From NCBI GenBank assembly GCA_964619705.1, contig CAZUGF010000001.1:151811-215810 (forward strand): 64,000 bases of DNA, given 5' to 3'. This document shows, in pieces, positions 18,779-27,441 of this stretch. This stretch comes from an uncultured Bifidobacteriaceae bacterium (GTDB taxonomy: Bacteria > Acidobacteriota > Vicinamibacteria > Vicinamibacterales > UBA2999). The position numbers were made by a program, and so were the translations under genes. The notes under the pieces were generated by a model that saw only the letters and a program-made list of their open reading frames with translations, had not been told where the DNA came from and searched no databases. How positions within the stretch are numbered: the stretch's first letter is position 1; each line of letters starts with the position of its first letter.

Positions 18779-21505
18779 ATGCGGCTTCGTGCAACCCTTG
18801 TCCTGCTCAGCTTCTGTGCCACGGTTGGGCTCGCCGCCCCCGCGGCGGCTCAGTCTGTTCCGACGCCGGAGCAGTTCGTCGGCTTTGCCATCGGCGCCGA
18901 CGGAGAGCTGGCGCCTTATCCGAAGGTCCTCGACTACTTCGCGCTGCTCGCGAAGCAGACGGATCGCGTCACCTACGAGGTCCTCGGCCAGACGACGCTC
19001 GGCCACGACTACTCGCTCGTGACGATCAGCTCGCCGCAGAACCTGGCGAAGCTGGATCGGCTCGTGGAGATCAACCGGCGCCTGGCGGATCCGCGCGGCC
19101 TCTCCGATGCGGAGGCCCGGACGCTGGCGGCCGAAGGGAAGCCGTTCTACCTGATCTACGCCACGATTCACTCGACCGAGGTCTCGAACGGGCAGGCCAT
19201 CCTCACCATCGTCCACCGCCTGGCCACCGAGAACTCGCCCTTCATCCAGCAGATCCTGGACGACTCCGTCGTCCTGCTGGTGCCGTCGCAGAACCCGGAT
19301 GGCCAGCACCTGGTGATCGACCACTGGTACAAGACGAAGGGCACGTCGAACAACCGCGTCTATCCGGACCTGTACCACAAGTACGTCGGCCACGACGACA
19401 ACCGCGACTGGTTCATGTTCACGCAGAAGGAAACGCGCATGAACATCGAGCTGGTGCAGAACAAGTACAAGCCGATCATCTCGCACGACATGCACCAGCA
19501 GGGGCCCACCGGCTCGCGCATCTTCGTGCCGCCGTTCACGGATCCCTTCGACGTCAACATGCACCCGATCCTGGCGCTCGGGCAGAGCACCGTCGGCCAG
19601 GCGATGGCATCCGCGCTCCTCGGCGAGGGCAAGGAGGGCGTCGCCTGGAACCAGTCCTACGACATGTGGACACCCGCCCGGCAGTACATGGTGTACCACG
19701 GCCAGCCGCGCATCCTGACCGAGATCGCCAACAGCGGCGGCAACCTGGCGGACCCCTTCGTCAATCCCCAGCGCGGCCGGCCGCTCGGACCTCAGGAGTC
19801 GCGGTGGAACTTCCCCGTGCCGTACTCGAAGGACACGTGGACGCTCGGCCAGCAGGTCGAGTACGGCGTCACGGCCGCGCTGGCCGGCATGTCGCACGTG
19901 GCGAAGTACGGGCACGAGTGGCTGTACAACTTCTACCGCGTACACCGTGACTGGGTGAACTACGACAAGGGCCCGTACGCCTTCGTCGTCCCGGCCACGC
20001 AGCGGGATCAGTTTGCCACCTACGAGATGCTCGAGATCCTCGAGTTCGCCGACGTGGAGATCCACCGCGCGACAGCCGCATTCCAGGCCAACGGCACGAC
20101 GTACCCGGCCGGGTCCTACGTCGTGAAGACGGCGCAGCCCTACGGCGCCTTTGCGAAGACGATGCTCGAGAAGCAGGTGTATCCGGACCTGCGCGTCTTC
20201 CCCGGCGGTCCGCCGGAGCGGCCGTACGACGTCACGGCGCACACGCTGTGGATGTTGATGGGCGTCACGGTCGATCAGGTGGATGCCGCCTTCGAGGCGC
20301 CGCTGGAACTGGTGACGGCGGTCACGCCCATTGCGACGCCCGTACCCGCGCGTCCGCGGGCCGCCTACCTGGTGGGACCCGAGTCCTACGGCGTGTTCAA
20401 GCTGGTGGCGGAACTGCAGCAGGCGGGTGCGCCGGTGTTCCGCGCGGGCGCGGCCTTCGACAACCATCCGGCCGGCACCTTCATCATCCCGGCGACGGCA
20501 GCCACGCAGAAGATCGTGGAGAGCGCGGCGGCCGACCTGGGGCTCGTCGTGTCCGGCACGGACCGCATGCCGGCCGTGGACGGCTTCCAGTTGAAGCCCG
20601 GCACGAAGGTCGGCCTCTGGAAGGGCGCCAACAACATGCCGGGCGGCTGGCTCCTGTGGCTCCTGGAGCAGTACGGCATCAACCACGAGATCGTCAAGTC
20701 GCAGGACTTTGCCGGGGACCTGAACCAGAAGTACGACGTCATCCTGCTGCCGACCAACACCTCCCGCGCACGCATCGTCAACGGGCTGGATCCGAAGCGC
20801 AATGACGCGGCGGACTGGTCCTGGGCGTACGGCGTGGGCGAGGAGGGCTGGACGAAGCTGAAGGCCTACGTCGAGAACGGCGGCACCCTGCTCGCGATCG
20901 GAACGGCCGTGGAGACGGCGCAGGAACTGCTGGACCTGCCGATCGAGAAGGCGCTGCCGGAGGCGCCGCCGCGGTTCGGCCCGCAGGCGGCGTCGGCACA
21001 GGCCGGTGCTCCGGTTTCGAGCGCCACGGTGGACAGCGCCCTGCGCGACACGTTCAGCAGCCCCGCCCGGCTGATGCAGACGCTTCGCGACCGCGTCGCG
21101 GATCCGACCTCGCTCTTCTACTGCCCCGGATCGCTGCTGCAGAACGAGTTCGACACCAATCACCCGGTCGCGTGGGGCATGCCGGAGGCGTGGCCCATCT
21201 TCTTCGAGGGAGACCAGGCCTACCGCCTGCGCCCCGGCTTCGGCGTGGAGACCAGCGTCGCGGCGCGCTATCCGCGCGAGAACATCCTCCAGAGCGGATG
21301 GCTGCTCGGCGAGGAGTACCTGAAGGACCAGGCGAACGTCGTCTCGTTCCGCATCGGCAAGGGGTACGTGGTGACGTACGGATCCCAGGTGGACTTCCGC
21401 ACGCAGCCGCGCGCGACCTTCCGGCTCCTGTTCAATGCCATGTTCCACGGGCCCTCGACGCCGGTGCCGGCGGCCCAGATGGGGAGGGCGGTCACCAACG
21501 ATTGA
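18779..21505 (+). CDS. M14-family metallocarboxypeptidase-like protein, large secreted form
   Basis: Signal peptide. Zn-binding HxxE (ATIHSTEVS), PSQNPDG and the downstream HDMHQQG motif typical of the M14 subfamily. GGGAGGG lies upstream of the ATG. Confidence 0.8.
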   Translation: MRLRATLVLLSFCATVGLAAPAAAQSVPTPEQFVGFAIGADGELAPYPKVLDYFALLAKQTDRVTYEVLGQTTLGHDYSLVTISSPQNLAKLDRLVEINRRLADPRGLSDAEARTLAAEGKPFYLIYATIHSTEVSNGQAILTIVHRLATENSPFIQQILDDSVVLLVPSQNPDGQHLVIDHWYKTKGTSNNRVYPDLYHKYVGHDDNRDWFMFTQKETRMNIELVQNKYKPIISHDMHQQGPTGSRIFVPPFTDPFDVNMHPILALGQSTVGQAMASALLGEGKEGVAWNQSYDMWTPARQYMVYHGQPRILTEIANSGGNLADPFVNPQRGRPLGPQESRWNFPVPYSKDTWTLGQQVEYGVTAALAGMSHVAKYGHEWLYNFYRVHRDWVNYDKGPYAFVVPATQRDQFATYEMLEILEFADVEIHRATAAFQANGTTYPAGSYVVKTAQPYGAFAKTMLEKQVYPDLRVFPGGPPERPYDVTAHTLWMLMGVTVDQVDAAFEAPLELVTAVTPIATPVPARPRAAYLVGPESYGVFKLVAELQQAGAPVFRAGAAFDNHPAGTFIIPATAATQKIVESAAADLGLVVSGTDRMPAVDGFQLKPGTKVGLWKGANNMPGGWLLWLLEQYGINHEIVKSQDFAGDLNQKYDVILLPTNTSRARIVNGLDPKRNDAADWSWAYGVGEEGWTKLKAYVENGGTLLAIGTAVETAQELLDLPIEKALPEAPPRFGPQAASAQAGAPVSSATVDSALRDTFSSPARLMQTLRDRVADPTSLFYCPGSLLQNEFDTNHPVAWGMPEAWPIFFEGDQAYRLRPGFGVETSVAARYPRENILQSGWLLGEEYLKDQANVVSFRIGKGYVVTYGSQVDFRTQPRATFRLLFNAMFHGPSTPVPAAQMGRAVTND

Positions 21506-21564
21506 TGTCCGACTTGAGGTAACCTGCGCTCACACGCAACTGCCGGGCTTACCCTGGAGGGACC

Positions 21565-21813
21565 ATGGGATTGCTGATCACGATAATCGTCGGGGCGATC
21601 GTTGGCTGGCTGGCCAGCATTGTCATGAAGACGAACGCGCAGATGGGTGCGCTCTGGAACATCCTGGTGGGCGTCGTCGGCGCCTCGCTGGGCGCGTGGC
21701 TGGCCGGCCTCATGGGCGTGGTGGCCACCAACGGGATCGTGAGCGTGTTCATCTCGATCGTCGGCGCGTGCATCCTGATCGCGATCCTGAAAGCGGTCGG
21801 CGTGCTGAAGTAG
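21565..21813 (+). CDS. GlsB/YeaQ/YmgE family stress-response membrane protein
   Basis: 82 aa, N-terminus MGLLITIIVGAIVGWLASIVM, Gly-rich TM helices. Confidence 0.88.
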   Translation: MGLLITIIVGAIVGWLASIVMKTNAQMGALWNILVGVVGASLGAWLAGLMGVVATNGIVSVFISIVGACILIAILKAVGVLK

Positions 21814-21872
21814 TGCGGGTCGCGGCCCGGACGGCTGGTGATCCGGTGGCATGCCGGGTCGCGGGTCGCCGG

Positions 21873-21893
21873 GCCGCGGACGCGTTCCGCGGC
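21873..21893. terminator. Hairpin GCCGCGGA-CGCGT-TCCGCGGC between convergent genes
   Basis: 8-bp stem seen directly in the sequence. No U-tract. Confidence 0.3.
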
Positions 21894-21912
21894 GGGGCGA
21901 CGCGCAGGCGCG

Positions 21913-22953
21913 CTACCCGCGTGCGGGGCCGTCCGGCGTGCCGGCGGCCAGGTCCGTGAACTCGCGCGTGAAGAGCGCGGGGGCGCCGCCGGTGTGGAGG
22001 AAGACCACGGTCTCGGAGGCCGGAATCTGGCCCTCCCGGACGTGGCGCAGGAGCGCGGCAAAGCCCTTTGATGTGTAGACCGGGTCGAGCAGAATCGCCT
22101 CCGTCCGTGCCAGGAGGCGGATGGCGTCCAGGCCTTCCGCTGTCGGGATGGCATATCCCTCGCCGATGAACCCCTGATCCGTGAACAGGTCCGACGCCTC
22201 GATGCGCGCCGTGACGCCGAGGATCGCGGCCGCATCGTTCGCCGCGCGCCGGGCGCGCTCGATCTTCTCCTCCTCCCCGGCGCTCACCGCCACGCCCCAG
22301 AGCGCGTAGGACGCGCCGCTCAGCCGCGCACCGAGCGTCAGGCCCGCCTGCGTCCCGCGCGACCCGCTGGCGTAGTAGAGGCGCGAGGGCGCGACGTCCA
22401 TCGCGCGCAGCCCCGCAACGAGTTCCTCCGTGCCGCTGACGTATCCGAGTGCACCGACCGCGCTCGACCCGCCGACGGGAATGACGTAGGCCCGCCGGCC
22501 CGCCGCGGCTTCCTCGCGCACGACGTCGGCCACGACGGCCTCGTCGCGGCCCACGGCGAGCATCTGGTCCTCCGCCGGCACGAAGCGCACGTCGGCGCCG
22601 AAGAGGCGATCGATCAGCAGGTTGCCTTCGACGGGCGGCGTCTCGCTCCGCGATGTCAGCACGAGCACGCACCGCAGCCCGGCGATCGCGGCCGCGGCGG
22701 CCGTCATCCGGGCGTGGTTGGACTGCACCGCGCCGGTCGTGACCACGGTCCGCGCGCCCTGCGCCAGGGCGTCGGCGATGAGGAACTCGAGCTTCCGCGC
22801 CTTGTTCCCGCCGAGCCCGAGGCCCGTGAGGTCGTCGCGCTTGATCAGGATGCGTGGACAGCGCGCGTGGCCGCCGAGTGCTTCCCGCAGGCGGACGGCA
22901 TCGGTGATCGGCGTCGGCAGCGTCGCCAGCCGGTACCGCGGGACGCCGGTCAC
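21913..22953 (-). CDS. PLP-dependent D-cysteine desulfhydrase / ACC-deaminase family enzyme
   Basis: LIKRDDLTGLGLGGNKARKLEFLIADA (PLP-lysine motif) and the GG..SNH block TTGAVQSNHARMTA. The GTG start at 22953 overlaps the upstream stop (GTGA). Only the C-terminal 346 aa of ORF 21913..24609 is real. Confidence 0.85.
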   Translation of the reverse strand: MTGVPRYRLATLPTPITDAVRLREALGGHARCPRILIKRDDLTGLGLGGNKARKLEFLIADALAQGARTVVTTGAVQSNHARMTAAAAAIAGLRCVLVLTSRSETPPVEGNLLIDRLFGADVRFVPAEDQMLAVGRDEAVVADVVREEAAAGRRAYVIPVGGSSAVGALGYVSGTEELVAGLRAMDVAPSRLYYASGSRGTQAGLTLGARLSGASYALWGVAVSAGEEEKIERARRAANDAAAILGVTARIEASDLFTDQGFIGEGYAIPTAEGLDAIRLLARTEAILLDPVYTSKGFAALLRHVREGQIPASETVVFLHTGGAPALFTREFTDLAAGTPDGPARG

Positions 22954-24656
22954 GGCCGGTATGCGACCTTGCCGCCGACGATTGTCATCACCACCGTCGT
23001 GTCCGGGATCTCTCCCTCCGGCACCGTCAGGATGTCCTTCGACAGGACCGTGATGTCCGCGAGCTTCCCGACCGCGAGCGATCCCTTGAGCGCCTCTTCC
23101 TTCGCCGCATACGCGGCGTTCCAGGTGTAGGACTTGAGCGCCTCTTCGCGCGACATGCGCTGGTCGGGGTAGAACACCGAGCCGTCGCTGGCCCGCCGGC
23201 TCACGCTGGCGTAGTAGCTCGCAATCGGATCCACGCGCTCCACCGGCGTGTCCGTCCCGTTGGAGACGATGGCACCGGACTGCATGAGCTTCTGCCAGAC
23301 ATAGGCGCCTTCCTCGGCGCGTGCGGCGCCGAGGCGTGCGGGCACGTAGAGGGCATCCGACGTGCAGTGAACGCCCTGCATGGAGGCGATGACCCCGAGC
23401 TCGGCAAAGCGCGGGATGTCCGACGCGTTCAGGTGCTGCGCGTGCTCGATGCGCCAGCGCAGGTCGGCCGCGGCCGGGTTGGCCTTGAACGCCGCCTCGT
23501 AGGCGTTCAGGACCTCGCGGTTCGCGCGATCGCCGATGGCGTGGATGCAGAGCTGTGTCCCCGTCTCCATCGCGATCGCCGTGGTCTCCTCGATGCTCGC
23601 CATCGGGGTGGTGTTCAGCCCCGTGCTGCCGGGGGAATCCGCGTAGGGCTCGAGGAGCCACGCGCCCCGCGATCCGAGGGCGCCATCCGCGCTCACCTTG
23701 ATCGCCGCCACGGTCAGGTGGTTGTCGGCCATCCCGACGACCTTCTCCTGCGCGAGCCGCTCGCGCAGCCGCTCGTTGCTCTCCCGGACCATCACCCACA
23801 GGCGTACGCCGAGTTGCCCGTCGTTCGCGGCCTGCTTGTACAGCGCCACCGTGTCGAAGCTGACGCCGGCATCCTGGAAGCTGGTGACGCCCTTCGAGAG
23901 CGCCTCCGCCGTCGCGAGCTCGATCTGGCGCCGGGCATCCGCCGCGCGCTCCTCCGGGGTCTTCGCCGCGCGCCACGACGCCAGCGCCCGGCCGACCAGG
24001 CGTGAGGCGGTCTCGCGGAACACGCCAATCGGCCGTCCGCTCGCGTCCTTGATGATGTCGCCTCCGGGCGGGCTCGCCGTCCGCGCGGTGACCCCGGCCA
24101 GCTCCATCGCCCTGGCGTTGGCGAACGAAGCGTGCCCGCTGGCGTGGTCCAGCATCACGGGGTTGTCGGGGGACACCTTGCTCAGGGCATCGTGGTACGG
24201 GAAGCCCTCCACCGAGGGTGACGGCGGCGTCGTCCACTTCTCCTGGTGCCAGCCGCGGCCCTCGATCCAGTCTCCGGGACGGGCGGTGCTGACGGCCTTC
24301 TCGACCATCGCGACAATCTCGTCGAAGCTCGCCGCGTCCATCAGGTCCAGGACCATCTTCGACTGGCCCAGGCCCATGAAGTGTCCGTGGCCCTCGATGA
24401 ACCCGGGGATCGCCGTCTGGCCGGCGAGGTCGATGACCTCGGTGGACGGCGCCACGTAGCGCTGAATCTCGTCGTTGGTCCCGAGGGCGACAATGCGGTC
24501 CCCGCGAATGGCCGCCGCCTGCACGTGCGGGGCGGCGGACTCGACGGTCACGATGTTGCCGTTCCGCAGCACGAGGGTCGCGGGATCCACAGGGGGCGTC
24601 CCGGCGCACGCGGCCACCAGGCAGGCGAGGGCGAGGGTCGAACAGAGACGGGTCAT
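22950..24656 (-). CDS. Amidohydrolase-3 (YtcJ-like) metal-dependent hydrolase, lipoprotein
   Basis: Lipobox LVAACAG, HxH motif PGFIEGHGHF, C-terminal LKGSLAVGKLADITVL. Confidence 0.85.
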   Translation of the reverse strand: MTRLCSTLALACLVAACAGTPPVDPATLVLRNGNIVTVESAAPHVQAAAIRGDRIVALGTNDEIQRYVAPSTEVIDLAGQTAIPGFIEGHGHFMGLGQSKMVLDLMDAASFDEIVAMVEKAVSTARPGDWIEGRGWHQEKWTTPPSPSVEGFPYHDALSKVSPDNPVMLDHASGHASFANARAMELAGVTARTASPPGGDIIKDASGRPIGVFRETASRLVGRALASWRAAKTPEERAADARRQIELATAEALSKGVTSFQDAGVSFDTVALYKQAANDGQLGVRLWVMVRESNERLRERLAQEKVVGMADNHLTVAAIKVSADGALGSRGAWLLEPYADSPGSTGLNTTPMASIEETTAIAMETGTQLCIHAIGDRANREVLNAYEAAFKANPAAADLRWRIEHAQHLNASDIPRFAELGVIASMQGVHCTSDALYVPARLGAARAEEGAYVWQKLMQSGAIVSNGTDTPVERVDPIASYYASVSRRASDGSVFYPDQRMSREEALKSYTWNAAYAAKEEALKGSLAVGKLADITVLSKDILTVPEGEIPDTTVVMTIVGGKVAYRP

Positions 24657-24690
24657 CGATGCTCCTTGGGGACGCAGTCTAGCAGGGAGC

Positions 24691-26124
24691 TCACCGCTGC
24701 GCGAGATCCGGCTGCCGGTGCAGCCGGCCGGCGCGCATCACGTGGGTGAGCGATCGGAACGCGCGCACGTCCATCCGGGGATCCTCGGCCAGGATCAGCA
24801 AGTCCGCGATCCGCCCGGCCTCCAGCGTGCCGAAGTCGCCGCCGCGGCCCATCACGCGCGCACCGTTGCGCGTGGCCATCAGCACAATCTCCGCCGCGGG
24901 CACCCCGGCGGCCTGCATGGCCTCCATCTCGGCGTAGATGGACGGGCCGTGCAGGGTGAGCGGATTCCCCGCGTCGGTTGCCACGACAATCGTGTTGCCG
25001 GATGCGTGGACGCGGCGGAGGTTCTCGCTCATGATCCCCGCGCGCGCGCCCACCGCTTCGAGACGGCGGAAGGCGGCGTCCACGGTACGGCGGTCCTCCG
25101 GGATCAGGGGGCGCAGCGGCTCGATGTTGTCGATCTTCGCGATCGTGTCCGGGTCCACGCAGCGCACGGGGTCGTCCACCGGGACGCGCAGGCCCAGTCC
25201 GATCGCGACGTTCGCGCGCGTCGCATTGCGGCCGACGACGAGCGTCGGCCCGTAGGCAGCGCGATTCGCCGAGAGCAGGTCCAGGAACTCTGTATCCACC
25301 GGCGCGTCTTCCACGCTGTGTACCAGGAACACCGCGCCGGCCCGCAGCGCGACCTTCGCCTCGCGCAGGCCGGTCGCATGGACGATGAGGTCCAGGCCCG
25401 CGGCCTTTGCGGCGGCGCCGACCTCCATCATGCGAGCGTCGAGTTCCGCGCGGCGCGCGGGCTGCGGCGCGAGGTACCAGACCTTGATCGCCTGGGCACC
25501 CAACTCCCGGAGGCGGGCGACGCTGGCCTGCACGTCGGCGGCCGTGGCCATGGGCAGGAACGTGTAGGTCTCGTCATCGACGTCCAGCGCGGATCGCCCG
25601 GCGTGCGTGATGAGCGGCCCGGCTGCCCGCACGTGCGGCGCCATTCCATCGCCTTCGGTCCGGGCGGACAGACCTGTCGTCCAGGGGTGGCCGCCCGCGT
25701 CGTAGACGGCAGTGATCCCGCTGCACAGGTAGGAGCGGTACCACCGCTCGGGGTTGGCCCGCAGGGATCGCGCGGTTTCCGCGTAGGGGTAGATCGCCGG
25801 TGCGGAGAGGCCGTCCGGACGCCCATCGACCCAGCCGGTCTGGCTGAAGTGGACGTGGGCGTCCACGAGCCCGGGCGTGATGAAGCGGCCCGTCGCGTCC
25901 ACGCGTGAGGCGCCCGCGGGCACCGGGCACTCGGCAGCGGTGCCGACACAGGCAATACGGCCGTCCGTGACCACGACGGTGGCATCCGGCACCGCTCGAC
26001 CGGTGCCGTCCAACACGGTGCCGCCGGCAAGCGCGATGCTCTGCGCCTGCGCGCCGGAGGCCAGCAGCAGCGTCAGCGGCAGGGCGGCGAGGGCACGCGC
26101 GAGGCAGTCGGCGATCCGGCTCAC
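24691..26124 (-). CDS. Amidohydrolase family protein (imidazolonepropionase/prolidase-like), secreted
   Basis: GTG 26124 gives the signal VSRIADCLARALAALPLTLLLASGAQA. PGLVDAHVHF, VATDAGN and GTLEAGRIADLLIL motifs. Confidence 0.8.
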   Translation of the reverse strand: MSRIADCLARALAALPLTLLLASGAQAQSIALAGGTVLDGTGRAVPDATVVVTDGRIACVGTAAECPVPAGASRVDATGRFITPGLVDAHVHFSQTGWVDGRPDGLSAPAIYPYAETARSLRANPERWYRSYLCSGITAVYDAGGHPWTTGLSARTEGDGMAPHVRAAGPLITHAGRSALDVDDETYTFLPMATAADVQASVARLRELGAQAIKVWYLAPQPARRAELDARMMEVGAAAKAAGLDLIVHATGLREAKVALRAGAVFLVHSVEDAPVDTEFLDLLSANRAAYGPTLVVGRNATRANVAIGLGLRVPVDDPVRCVDPDTIAKIDNIEPLRPLIPEDRRTVDAAFRRLEAVGARAGIMSENLRRVHASGNTIVVATDAGNPLTLHGPSIYAEMEAMQAAGVPAAEIVLMATRNGARVMGRGGDFGTLEAGRIADLLILAEDPRMDVRAFRSLTHVMRAGRLHRQPDLAQR

Positions 26125-26129
26125 CTGGA

Positions 26130-26663
26130 CTAGGGCTTCTGTGCGACAGGCACGGATGCCGGCGCCGGCAGCAGGACCGCCGTCGATCGCGCCGGCAGCG
26201 GTTCCATCCGTTCGACCTTCGACGGGGACCGAATCTCCAGGCTGGCGTAGGCCGCGCCGGCCAGCGCCATGACGAAGGCGACGATGGCCGCCGTCTTGTG
26301 GGCGCGGACCCACGAGGGGCCGCTGGTGCGCGGCGGCGCGTCGGCAAATGCCAGGGTCATCCGGAGGGCGTCCGGCGCCTCCGTCTCGGTGTCGTCCATG
26401 AGCTGTCGAGGAAGGTCCGCCAGGTCCATGTACTGCCCGAGTGCCTTCAGGAAGTACGCGCGGCCGTAGAACGGCGACAACTCGGCTCGCTCGAGGCCGA
26501 GAACCTGGCCCTTTGACAACAGCAGGCGGCTCGCAACGGTATCGACGGAGAGCTGCCTCGTCGCTCGAATCCGGGCGAGCTGGCTGCCAATGTGTGCGCA
26601 GCAGCCCGGCAAGGTTTCGCGATGAGACGAGTCCCCGTCGTGGGGGCGGCGACGACTCATCAT
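26130..26663 (-). CDS. Membrane-anchored helix-turn-helix protein (XRE/RodZ-like)
   Basis: HTH segment IGSQLARIRATRQLSVDTVASRLLLSKGQVLGLE. A single TM (AAIVAFVMALAGAAYA). Its stop lies 5 nt before the amidohydrolase GTG. Confidence 0.65.
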   Translation of the reverse strand: MMSRRRPHDGDSSHRETLPGCCAHIGSQLARIRATRQLSVDTVASRLLLSKGQVLGLERAELSPFYGRAYFLKALGQYMDLADLPRQLMDDTETEAPDALRMTLAFADAPPRTSGPSWVRAHKTAAIVAFVMALAGAAYASLEIRSPSKVERMEPLPARSTAVLLPAPASVPVAQKP

Positions 26664-26753
26664 GCCCGTATTCTAAGAACGTCTCCGACGCGTGTCTACG
26701 TCAAACGACGCGCGTCTCACGCGCGGGCCGCGCGGGCTGCTACGATCGGACGC

Positions 26754-27404
26754 GTGTTCGATCCATCCTCGACGCTTCGTGACGCCCTCGCGCGGCCGCT
26801 GCCGGGGTTGGAGGCACAGCTCGGGATGGCGCCGCGCCCGCGCACGGGATGGGACCCCCTCCGCATGCCGCCCGGCCTCCGCGATGCCGCGACGCTCCTG
26901 CTGATCTATCCCGGCGACGGCCGTCTCTGGCTGCCGCTCACGGTCCGGAGCGGCGGCCTCCGGAACCACACCGGACAGGTATCGCTCCCGGGCGGAGGCG
27001 TGGACCCCGGCGAGTCCATCGAGGACGCGGCCCTTCGCGAGGCCTCTGAGGAAGTGGGCATCGTCCCTGCCACGGTGGACGTGGTCGGCCGCCTGACCCC
27101 GCTCCACGTGCCGATCAGCGGATACCTGCTCCACCCGGTGGTGGGCGTGACGACGGCACGTCCCGTGTTTCGCCCGGCCGAGTGGGAAGTGGCCCGCCTG
27201 CTGGAGGTCCAACTGGATCGCCTGCGCGACCCGGCCGCGGTCCACCGTGAGCGGCGGGCGCTCGAGCGCCAGGGCCGCACCGTCGATGTGGAAGTCCCGT
27301 ACTTCGACCTGGAAGGGGAGAAGGTCTGGGGTGCCACGGCCATGGTACTGGCCGAGTTTCTGGCCGTGCTGCGCGGTACCGGGGACGCCGGCAGCGCCGG
27401 CTGA
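26754..27404 (+). CDS. NUDIX hydrolase, CoA pyrophosphatase type
   Basis: NuCoA-like LPLTVRSGGLRNHTGQVSLPGGG, followed by the Nudix box GESIEDAALREASEEVGI. The GTG 26754 start avoids overlap with the divergent HTH gene. Confidence 0.8.
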   Translation: MFDPSSTLRDALARPLPGLEAQLGMAPRPRTGWDPLRMPPGLRDAATLLLIYPGDGRLWLPLTVRSGGLRNHTGQVSLPGGGVDPGESIEDAALREASEEVGIVPATVDVVGRLTPLHVPISGYLLHPVVGVTTARPVFRPAEWEVARLLEVQLDRLRDPAAVHRERRALERQGRTVDVEVPYFDLEGEKVWGATAMVLAEFLAVLRGTGDAGSAG

Positions 27405-27441
27405 ACCGCCTGACTCCGCCTCGGTCTGTTGCGCGGGCGCG

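Noticed and set aside
18650-21448. 932-aa minus-strand ORF opposite the M14 peptidase gene
   Set aside because: The plus-strand frame carries a signal peptide, an HxxE zinc motif and family blocks. The minus frame is low-complexity (R/G/V/D/H-rich).
22954-24609. N-terminal 550 aa of ORF 21913..24609
   Set aside because: Only the last 346 codons (from GTG 22953) match the PLP-enzyme family. The rest overlaps the well-supported amidohydrolase-3 gene in another frame.
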